From: a virus
Taxonomy: Duplodnaviria; Caudoviricetes
IMG/VR virus record: IMGVR_UViG_3300036801_000124
Span: 1-30,908 of that record
Length of the DNA stretch: 30,908 nt
Direction: 5' to 3' (one strand)
Shown here: positions 8,690 through 16,700 of the stretch, in pieces
Layout: each line of letters begins with the position of its first letter
How positions within the stretch are numbered: position 1 is the first letter of the stretch
Made by a program: the position numbers and the translations under genes
Notes under the pieces: generated by a model
What the model saw: only the letters and a program-made list of their open reading frames with translations
What the model was told of the DNA's origin: nothing
Databases searched by the model: none

Positions 8690-8964
8690 GACGGCACCTC
8701 CTCGCCGGTCGCCGTGTCGAAGACGGTGACCCAGCCGCCCGGCACGAACCCGTACCGGTTGGCGGCCGCCTCGGCAGTCCCAAGCGTGTCGCTGCGCTTG
8801 ATCGTCTCCGGCCCGAACGCGTAGTACGTCTGCGGGACGTAGCTGTTAGTCGCGCCGTCCCAGCGGCGTCCGTCGAAATCATCGGGGCGGCAGGCTACGG
8901 CGATGTAGCGGCACTGGCTCTGGTTGCGGAGCGTTAGGCCGCGAATGTTGAAGGTGCCCTTCAT
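8686..8964 (-). CDS. Hypothetical protein
   Basis: ATGA and GTGA coupling. Confidence 0.65.
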   Translation of the reverse strand: MKGTFNIRGLTLRNQSQCRYIAVACRPDDFDGRRWDGATNSYVPQTYYAFGPETIKRSDTLGTAEAAANRYGFVPGGWVTVFDTATGEEVPS

Positions 8965-9896
8965 GCCGCCACCGCCTCGGGGACTGCCAGCGCGGCGGCG
9001 TCCCCCGCCGCGCTGGTCTCTTCATCCTCGAACGTCGCGCCGACAACCAGGTCGGCCGCCTTCTGCGCCTGAGCGGCAGCCTGGACGACGAGCTTTTTGT
9101 CGTCCTTCAGCGCGCTCAGCCAGTTGGCGATGTACGAGGCCGAGTTCTCGTGCGTCTCGTCCTCGATCCCCGAGAGGCCGCAAAGCATCGCGGCCGTCAT
9201 CTCGGCGACGAGTTCTTCCTTCGCGTACGGCTCGATCGCGAACCCACCGGCGACGTACCGCTTCAGCCGCGACGGGTGCCCGGTCGAGTGAGCAAGCTCG
9301 TGGAACAGCGTCTTGTAGTAGAACGGCGCATTTTCGAACTGGCCCAGCAGCGGGATCCGGACGGAGTCGAGCGAGGGCGCGTAGTACGCCTGGTCGCCAC
9401 CGAACGAGTAGGCCGGGCCGCGACCGTCGAGGTAGTCCTCGACGAGGGCCTGCGCCTGCCCGATCCGCTCGTGCTCGGGAAGCTCAACAGTCGGCAGCGG
9501 CTCGATGCCGTCGGCCTGCTCGACGTTGAAGACGGTGTAGTCGCGGAGAAACATGACCTGCGGCACACGGCCGTTCTCGTCGGGCTCGGCGTCCCGCTTC
9601 GGGATCCGCTTCCAGAGGATGACGTGGGTGCCCTTCTCGCCCTTGCGGATCTGGCCACCCTTCTCCGTGATCGCCTTGTACGTGCCCCAGCGCGGGTCGC
9701 TGTAGCCGCCTTCGAGCGCGGCCAGGCCGAGCAGGAAGACATTGATTCCACGGTAGGGCTTGCCGCTCCGCACGTTGCGCGGACGGCTGTCGGCACCGAG
9801 GTTCTTCCACGGCTGGTGCCAGGGCACGGTGCCCTTCTCCAGCGACGCGATGATCCGGTCGGTGACCTCCTGGTAGATATCTCTCTTCTCTCTCAT
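8961..9896 (-). CDS. ardC: ArdC-like antirestriction protein (ssDNA-binding domain plus zincin-like metallopeptidase)
   Basis: DIYQEVTDRII..LE.G.VPW..PW, Y.GIN..LL, W.TYK...GGQIRKGEKG, YTVFNVEQ, AYY.P..D.V..P, HELAHSTGH..RL.R, YA.EELVAE, SASYI..WL..LK.D. Confidence 0.92.
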   Translation of the reverse strand: MREKRDIYQEVTDRIIASLEKGTVPWHQPWKNLGADSRPRNVRSGKPYRGINVFLLGLAALEGGYSDPRWGTYKAITEKGGQIRKGEKGTHVILWKRIPKRDAEPDENGRVPQVMFLRDYTVFNVEQADGIEPLPTVELPEHERIGQAQALVEDYLDGRGPAYSFGGDQAYYAPSLDSVRIPLLGQFENAPFYYKTLFHELAHSTGHPSRLKRYVAGGFAIEPYAKEELVAEMTAAMLCGLSGIEDETHENSASYIANWLSALKDDKKLVVQAAAQAQKAADLVVGATFEDEETSAAGDAAALAVPEAVAA

Positions 9897-9933
9897 GTCA
9901 GGGACTCTACCACTACGACCGTAGTGTTGTCAA
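9897..9933 (-). promoter_or_regulatory. Sigma70-type promoter for leaderless ardC transcript with an operator-like palindrome in the spacer
   Basis: TTGACA (9933-9928), 18 nt, TGG-TAGAGT (9909-9904), 7 nt, ATG; spacer contains CACTACG-GT-CGTAGTG (9911-9926). Confidence 0.8.
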
Positions 9934-10304
9934 ACTCGCTCGGCCTTCACGACCGGGTCGTTCCGCTTCGACCGATACCCGGCGAACGTCGTGACCGCTG
10001 GGAGGTAGAACGCCGTGCGGATCGCAGCGTGCTCGTTCACGGCCCGGACAGTGAACGCCTCGCGGCGGCGCTTATCGCGCTTGCCGCGCACGGTCACCTT
10101 CCAGAGGTGAAGCTCCTCGATCTCGCTGACACGACCGTCCGCGTATGAGTCGCCCATCGTGGCGCGGCACTTCTCGCGAGCGGCCGCGAGGGCGGCGTCG
10201 CGGTCGGGCGCTTCGACGTTGCCGCCCCACTGCATCGCCGCCTTCCACGGCCCGATGTCGAGCCGGTCGCCCGAGTCGAGGACGACGTGCCAGTGGCGGA
10301 TCAT
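9930..10304 (-). CDS. Hypothetical protein
   Basis: ATG10304 with AAGGAG SD and ATGA overlap; two similar V.A.D/N..AA units. Confidence 0.6.
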   Translation of the reverse strand: MIRHWHVVLDSGDRLDIGPWKAAMQWGGNVEAPDRDAALAAAREKCRATMGDSYADGRVSEIEELHLWKVTVRGKRDKRRREAFTVRAVNEHAAIRTAFYLPAVTTFAGYRSKRNDPVVKAERV

Positions 10305-10543
10305 GCTCCGCTCCTTCCGTAGATCGAGACTCCGCCCTGGCCGTCCGCTTCCGCGCGACCGACGACGTTGCCGTTGGGACACCGGACGTAGAAGGTCTCG
10401 TCGCGCCCGGCGCGGGTTGCGTTGTTGGCGAACGTGGTCGCGGCGCTGAGCCCCGGCCCTTCGCCCTCGGCGGGCCGGTCGATGCCGGGGCCGCTGACGG
10501 TGAAGTCGCCTTTCCTCTTGCTGTTCAACTTGTCCTCTCTCAC
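10301..10543 (-). CDS. Hypothetical protein, first gene of the leftward accessory operon (start uncertain)
   Basis: ORF directly downstream of a TGC-TACGAT -10 element. Confidence 0.55.
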   Translation of the reverse strand: MREDKLNSKRKGDFTVSGPGIDRPAEGEGPGLSAATTFANNATRAGRDETFYVRCPNGNVVGRAEADGQGGVSIYGRSGA

Positions 10544-10550
10544 GATTGCC

Positions 10551-10564
10551 CTACCATCGTAGCA
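10551..10564 (-). promoter_or_regulatory. Extended -10 (TGC-TACGAT) overlapping a CTAC-N4-GTAG palindrome
   Basis: The + strand reads CTACCATCGTAG at 10551-10562. Confidence 0.55.
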
Positions 10565-10678
10565 CAACGGCTTGGCGGCCCTCCGGACAGAAGTTGCCTA
10601 TTTGCGAAACAACGCGTCCCGCAATCCCTTTGTGTGAGCCAATGTAAAACCGACTTGACGCCTATTTCAGGATCGGGC

Positions 10679-10708
10679 TTGACTACGGCCGTAGTGGGCT
10701 GCTATCGT
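10679..10708 (+). promoter_or_regulatory. Sigma70-type promoter of the rightward accessory operon with a palindromic operator-like site
   Basis: TTGACT, 18 nt, TGC-TATCGT; perfect palindrome ACTACGGCCGTAGT at 10682-10695. Confidence 0.75.
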
Positions 10709-10739
10709 CCCCGGTGTGAGTGAGAAGAGAGGAGACCCA

Positions 10740-11009
10740 ATGAACTACGACGCCCTATGGCGCGAGGACGCGACCGAGGACGAGGTCATCGAGACCTACC
10801 AGGCGCTTGTCGATACCGGGCAGGCATGGAGGCTCGAAGGACACGTCGGTCGCACCGCGATGTCGATGATCGAGGACGGCGTGATCGCGCTCGGCCCCGA
10901 GGGACACCGCGACTACTACGGCAACTACGTCCCGAGCAGGACTGAGGTTGAGCCTGGATCGAAGGGCTCGGTCGAGTTCGTGCTCGAACACTCCGGAAGA
11001 GAGGTGTGA
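10740..11009 (+). CDS. Small conserved phage protein
   Basis: GAGGAG SD; YQALVDTGQAWRLEG.VGR.A..MIE.G motif seen in small phage proteins. An alternative leaderless GTG lies at 10716. Confidence 0.7.
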   Translation: MNYDALWREDATEDEVIETYQALVDTGQAWRLEGHVGRTAMSMIEDGVIALGPEGHRDYYGNYVPSRTEVEPGSKGSVEFVLEHSGREV

Positions 11010-11314
11010 CGATGATCCATACAGACGGAATCCAGACGGTCGCGAACGCGCCGGTCTTCACGCCCGCCGAAGGGGCCGACCCCGAGAGGGTGGCGGCCTA
11101 CCAGTTGGGGCTCGCGAGGCTGAAGCCTGCGTGCTCGCACTGCGGACGGACGCTCGGCAAGCGCGAGCAGACCAACGGGCGCGGACGATGCGCGAAGCGC
11201 GACGACTGCCGGTTGCGGCAGATCTTCGCTGGCCCAAAGCACGTGGGAGGCAAGGGACTTTGCCTTGCCGAGGTTCACGAGCGGAGACGCTTGATCGAGA
11301 AGGTGGCAGCGTGA
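11006..11314 (+). CDS. Cys-rich putative Zn-binding protein
   Basis: CSHC...C....DC; GTGA coupling. Confidence 0.55.
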   Translation: MTMIHTDGIQTVANAPVFTPAEGADPERVAAYQLGLARLKPACSHCGRTLGKREQTNGRGRCAKRDDCRLRQIFAGPKHVGGKGLCLAEVHERRRLIEKVAA

Positions 11315-11469
11315 AGATCGAGTACGCGGACGGCTTCGAGGAGATCGTCGCCGTCCAGGCGCGCAACATCAACTCCGGCTTCGGCAAGGCGCTGAAGCGG
11401 GCGAACGAGCCGCTGGGTAACGGGCGGCGGCGCGAGCTTCACTCCGTCGCGTTCTGGATGGTGAGGTGA
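11311..11469 (+). CDS. Small hypothetical protein
   Basis: GTGA overlaps at both ends; native codon use. Confidence 0.55.
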   Translation: MKIEYADGFEEIVAVQARNINSGFGKALKRANEPLGNGRRRELHSVAFWMVR

Positions 11470-12122
11470 GCATGTTCCCGCCCATCGAAGATCTCGTAAC
11501 GCCCGAGGCGCTGGCGGCGATGCCCAGCAGCCAGCGCGCGACGTGGGAAGGACTCCTGCGCCAGCGCGAGGAAGGCAAGCGCATCCTGGATGCCCACATC
11601 GCCGATGGCGACTGGAACAAGGCGCTCCAGCTTTGCGATTCGCAGAACCGCGCACCGATCCTGGTGCAGGCGTGCGCGACACTCGAAGGCGACAGCCTCC
11701 GCGCCCTCCTCGCGGACTGGTGGTCCACGACTGAGGCATGGTCGGGAGATCCCGAGCTTCGCCGGGGGATGATGTCGGCGCTCCGCAAGGCGGCACCCGT
11801 GATCGTGCCCTCAGACGACGCAGGACGACGCCAGCGGCCGCCCGACGGCCTGTTCAAGGTCTACAGGGGAAACCTCGGCGAAAAGCCGGACGCGGGCTCC
11901 TGGAGCCTCGCCCGTGAGACAGCCGAGTTCTTCGCCCGGATGGCGGGGAGCGTGCGCGGCCAGCTTATCCTCGGGATGAGCGGCCCTGGCCCGGCGTCGA
12001 TCTGGCAGGCCGTCTGCGACTCGGACGACGTGCTCGGATTCTTCGACGACCGGGGCGAGTACGAGATCGTGACCGACCGCGTGAAGAACGTGAAGCTGAT
12101 CGCGACGCTGGAGGCGTCATGA
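11466..12122 (+). CDS. Putative ADP-ribosyltransferase-fold protein
   Basis: R-S-E pattern: VYRG...GSWSL....A.FFA...RGEYEIV. Confidence 0.55.
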   Translation: MSMFPPIEDLVTPEALAAMPSSQRATWEGLLRQREEGKRILDAHIADGDWNKALQLCDSQNRAPILVQACATLEGDSLRALLADWWSTTEAWSGDPELRRGMMSALRKAAPVIVPSDDAGRRQRPPDGLFKVYRGNLGEKPDAGSWSLARETAEFFARMAGSVRGQLILGMSGPGPASIWQAVCDSDDVLGFFDDRGEYEIVTDRVKNVKLIATLEAS

Positions 12123-12586
12123 CGTGGACGTTCGACGCCATGCTGGCGCGGGTGTTGCCGCACGCGACGACCTCCGTCGCGTCAGAAGATCACGGCCCCG
12201 AGCATTGGCGACGCGTTGCCCAGAACGGCGAATACCTGGCCGCCTTGACGCAGGGGGCCGACTGGCACGTGATCGTTGCGTTCGCGGCCCTGCACGATTC
12301 GCAGCGCCATAACGAGTACGTGGATCCGGAGCACGGACGGCGCGCGGCTGAACTCGCGAACCGCCTCGATCTCGGGCTGAGCCTCCCCCAGTTGGCGATG
12401 GTGCGCTATGCGTGCGAGCACCACGACCAGGGGTTGCTGACCATCGACCCGACGGTCGGGTGCTGCTGGGACGCAGACAGGCTCGACCTGCCGCGCGTCG
12501 GCATCGAGCCCAACCCAGCCCTGCTTTCGACGCAGGCTGCGCGGGCGGCGATCCGCACCGGCTACCAGGAAGACGAACCGGCATGA
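12119..12586 (+). CDS. HD-domain phosphohydrolase
   Basis: HG.EHW.RV, FAALHD..R, EHG.RAA, C.HH, CWDADRLDL.RVG..P. Confidence 0.85.
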   Translation: MTWTFDAMLARVLPHATTSVASEDHGPEHWRRVAQNGEYLAALTQGADWHVIVAFAALHDSQRHNEYVDPEHGRRAAELANRLDLGLSLPQLAMVRYACEHHDQGLLTIDPTVGCCWDADRLDLPRVGIEPNPALLSTQAARAAIRTGYQEDEPA

Positions 12587-13401
12587 GCGACAACGCGAAG
12601 AAAGAGATCAACGAGATCATCCGCAAGCTGAAGGCCCACGGCGTCGAGGTTGAACAGCTACGGAACGGCCACTGGCGGACGAAAACGACCCCGCCGGTGA
12701 CGATGTCATTCTCGCCCTCAGACACGAACGCCGCCCACGCGGCCCGTCGGGATCTGCGGAGGCTGCTCGGGATCGACTTGCGTGCTCCGCAGAAGAAGAA
12801 GGGTTCGACGCACGACTTCGCGATGCAGCGTCTCCACGCCCGGGCACTCGCACAGATGGAGCGCGGCGCGAGCATCGCCGACCTCGCACGGATGGCCGTC
12901 TATGAGAGCGAGGCGAAGCGGATCGGTGGCTGGACATCGTTGAACGCGGCTGAAGTCGGGATCTCCGCGATGCTGAAGAAGGGGTCGCGGCTGATGAAGC
13001 CGAACCACGACGCCGTCGCGGCCGCCCTGAACAAGCTGGAGTCCTCGACCGACGATGTGTTCGTGAAGCATCTCGACAAGGCTGCTGAGCACTTCGGGAA
13101 GACGCGGATCAAGGCGAAGGCCGAGCCGAAGTCGGAGAAGGCAGAGACCCATCACCCGGCACCGGCGGAGGCGACAGGCTCGAACCTCGTCGGCCTGACC
13201 GAGGAGGAGCACCGCACGATGCGCGCCGAGAACGACCGACGGCTGGAAGCTGCCGAGGTCGAGGTCAACGAGTTGAAGGATGAGCGGCTACGGCTGATCG
13301 AGGCCGCCGAGGCGAACGGCTCCGGCAAGGTCGAGGTGACCGTGAAGATCGGTCTCGATGAGAAGACGCTCGCACTGCTCACGAAACTGCTACCGTCGTA
13401 G
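12583..13401 (+). CDS. HicA-like N-terminal domain fused to a helical/coiled-coil C-terminus
   Basis: EII.KL...GV.V....NGHW......V.....PSD......RRDLRR resembles phage HicA-like proteins; ATGA coupling at 12583. Confidence 0.55.
   Translation: MSDNAKKEINEIIRKLKAHGVEVEQLRNGHWRTKTTPPVTMSFSPSDTNAAHAARRDLRRLLGIDLRAPQKKKGSTHDFAMQRLHARALAQMERGASIADLARMAVYESEAKRIGGWTSLNAAEVGISAMLKKGSRLMKPNHDAVAAALNKLESSTDDVFVKHLDKAAEHFGKTRIKAKAEPKSEKAETHHPAPAEATGSNLVGLTEEEHRTMRAENDRRLEAAEVEVNELKDERLRLIEAAEANGSGKVEVTVKIGLDEKTLALLTKLLPS
13388..13401 (+). promoter_or_regulatory. Extended -10 TGC-TACCGT within CTAC-N4-GTAG, 7 nt before ATG13404
   Basis: TGCTACCGTCGTAG recurs exactly on the minus strand at 29949-29962. 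Confidence 0.6.
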
Positions 13402-13403
13402 GC

Positions 13404-13565
13404 ATGGCTGAAGACGAGATCGACAAGATCCTCGCCGACGACCCGAACGCGAACGTGGTCGAGGGCGGCGACGAGGTGTGGCTGCTGACCGGCGACCAGG
13501 TCAAGGCCGCCCGAAAAGCGACCGGCCGAGATCAGCCTCCGCCCGAAGATCGCTCGACTCAGTAG
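13404..13565 (+). CDS. Small acidic protein (53 aa, not in the ORF track)
   Basis: MAEDEIDKILADDPNANVVEGGDEVWLLTGDQVKAARK...; GC3-rich codons; leaderless-type promoter upstream. Confidence 0.6.
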   Translation: MAEDEIDKILADDPNANVVEGGDEVWLLTGDQVKAARKATGRDQPPPEDRSTQ

Positions 13566-13786
13566 CGCAGCGCGGAGACCTTCTCCTCGACCACGTCGAG
13601 GACGGCCCGCTCCGCCGTCGGCTCAACCCAGCCAGGGCTGAGCGCACGTAGAGAGCCTTCCAGGATCGGGTCGCTGTACGTGCCCATGAGCGCGTCGTAG
13701 ACGCGGACAAGCTGGAGGCCGTCGGCGTCCTTCCCGGCGTCGATCATGAACCGGTGGTCTCCCTGTTGAGCGACGATGGCAGCCAT
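13559..13786 (-). CDS. Small protein coupled to the MuF fusion (possible partner or immunity protein)
   Basis: TGATG overlap with the MuF stop codon. Confidence 0.6.
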   Translation of the reverse strand: MAAIVAQQGDHRFMIDAGKDADGLQLVRVYDALMGTYSDPILEGSLRALSPGWVEPTAERAVLDVVEEKVSALRY

Positions 13787-16700
13787 CAGATGCGGAGGTT
13801 CGCAACGTCGCTGAGGATCTTGAAGTCCTGGTAGTTGTCAACAACCTTGCCTGCGAGGCCGACGCGAGCGAGGAGATCGGCGAGTGCGCCTTGGCGGGCG
13901 TTCGCCGCCTTCCCGATGTCACGCAGCGACTTGTAGAAGTCGAAGGAGGTCGGTGGCTCGGTCGGGATGCCTGCCTGCTCGGTCTGCGGGCTGGCCTGCT
14001 GGGTGCCCTTGTTGTTCGCGTACAACTCGGTGACCGCCTCCACGGCCTCTCGCACGCGGCGTGCGTCTTCCCGTGACTGGATCAAGGCCATGTCGGGAGT
14101 GATGCCGCCGATCTCGGCGCTCGTGAGGCCGCCGTGGATCTCAACCTCGACGTATCGGCTGATGTCTTCGAGGTTGCCGGATTCGTATGCCTTGACGATG
14201 TCGAAGTCGCCCGTCCACGATCCGATCCCCGGGTCGGCGAGGAGCGACGGCGACAACTCCCCTCTGATCGCGGCGCGGTACGAGTCGCCGATGGTGAACG
14301 TGGCGCGGGCGTTCACGGACGGGTCGAGGTTGAGGATCAGGTCACCGTACTCCTGCACAATCCCGCCCTCGTCCGCCGTCCCGGAGAGGTAGCCGTAGAC
14401 GGGGCGCTCCACCGGGTCCGCGCCCGCCGGATACCCGAACATATTGCGCTCCGCCTCCGCGCGGCTGGCTGCCATCTCCGGCGTGACGCCGGGAAGCTCG
14501 TACTCCGTCTTGTAGCGGCCGTCCTTGACGATCTCTGCCAGCGTCTCGGGGGTGACACGAATCCGGATCTGTGGGTGCGCCCTGACGTAGCTTGAGATGA
14601 CCTCCTTCGCTGCCGCCTTGTATTCGCCGCTGGTCATGTGGTGGTCGGCGGCGTATTGCGCGATCTGCTTGTCGCGATGCTGGACGGCGGCTTCAGCGAT
14701 ATCGCGAGGCTGGCCGGGGAAGAAGTCGCCGCTGCCCACGGTCGGCGTCGGGTGTGTGATGCCGTCGGGGACGGGCTTCGCGACATCGGTGCAGGAGACG
14801 CCGTAACTGAACACCGCGACGAGCGAAGACTCCGCAGCCGTAGCGCACTTCGGGGCCTCCTCGATGGTGACCACGACGCGGTCGGCCCCAGTGTCGCCCG
14901 GCACCAGTGGATGATCTTCGGGGAAGACATCCTCCATGTGGTTGACCGTGACCGACTTGACCCGGTACATCGTCTCGGGCGGAGCCAGAACCTCGTGCTC
15001 GCCGATGTGGGAGGAGTACGGCCAGATCGGCGCGCCGGTGTGCGCCTTCTCGACACGGAAGATGAGGCCCGGCCTGTACGGGTTGGCGTAGCCAGACGCG
15101 AGCGCCGCATCGGTGGTCAGCGACTCGACCTCCCCCGGCTCGCCCATCTTGACGTAGCTGCCGACCCGATACTTCTTCTGCGCCCAGTTCGCGAGCGCGT
15201 CGGTCTGTTCCTTGAACGTCTCACGGAGGCGAGCCTGCGCCAGCGCCGCGTTACCGAGTCCCATCTTGCCGATGATGTCCTGCTCGATCTGGTTGTACGT
15301 CTCCGACAGGTTCGGGTCGATCCCGTTCGCCTTGACGGCCCGGTAGAGCGTCGTGTCGGGCGGCAGCGGCGGGGCCGATTCGACGACTCGTTTCAGGTTG
15401 TCGGCCGCCGTTTCGACTTCCTTCTTCGTGCGGTACCACTGCAACTTCTTCGGGTCGAGCTTCTTGCCCGCGAGGAAGTCGTTGATGTCGATGTAGCCGG
15501 TCTGCGTCCAGTCGTCGAGGATCTTCTTGTCGGCGGCCGAGAGGTTGTCGAGCCACGTCTTCTGCGGCGGGGCGTTGATGAGCTTGTCCATCTCCGGCCA
15601 CTCGGGCGCGATGATGGCCTCGCCCCGCGCCGTCTTCACCGTGGGCGTGTCGGCCGTCGGCACATCGGTCGCGGTCACGCCCTTCGGCCGCGAGAACTCG
15701 TCGAGGGCCTTCTGGTAGTCGCCCGTGTCGCGCTCGATCATCGAGAGCGTGCCGCGCTTCACGTCGTAGCCGCCGAGATCGTGGCCGAGCTTCGTGAGTT
15801 GCTTGACGAAGTCCGCGCCGGACCCGATCACCTGGAGGCGACCGTCGGAGGTGAACCGGCCGCCTGAAACTCCGGCGGACTTCATCGCTGCGAGGACCTT
15901 GTCCTGCGGCGTCGCCGTGCGGAACGTTGCCATCAGATCGTCGCCGGTGGGCTTGACGTTGATCGTGAGCGAGTCGATGAGCGGCTGGAGTTTCGGACGT
16001 GTCTCGCCGCCGACCTGGTCGAACGGGATCGCGTCGAACGCCTGAGCATCTGCGTCGATCTTGTCGCCGAGCTTCCAGAAGACGGGGTTGCCGCTCTTGT
16101 CGGTGCTGAGTTGGAGGAGATTCCAGTCGGGATTGCGGGCGGCCATGCCCATCCCGAACTGCACGCCGTCGAGAGTCGAGAAGTTGCCGTGGACGACTGA
16201 GCGCTTCAGGTCACGCGAGACACGGGCGAGCATGGCGCGGGCGTAGCCCTGTCCCTCGAACTTCTTGTCGAGCGCGAGCAGACCGATGTAGACGTGGTCC
16301 GGGTCTTCGGGCTTCGTGTAGAAGTCGAAGTGGCCGAGGGAGTTGCCCTCCTTGTCGGTGACCTTCATCAGTTTCCCGATCTTGCTCGGGTGCGGCCGTG
16401 GCGGGTACTCGTACGAGTAGTCCTCGTACTCGACCTTGAACCCATCGAGGGCCGCGTCAGCGCCTTCCGGCGCGTAGTCGAGCGCTGGCGTCCTCGCCCT
16501 GAAAAGGAGCACGCCGTCCTGGTTGTACGACTTGCCGAGGTTCGCCGAGAAGGCGTGCGCTCGGGCATCCAAGTTGAACCGCTCCAGGTTCGGTGGCGAC
16601 CAGCCCCACTCCAGCACGGAGTTCGCGTCGGTGAAGACCTGGCTGGCCGGAACCTGCATCGAGATGACGTGACTCTCTAGGTCCTGGCCGAGGTTGCCGT

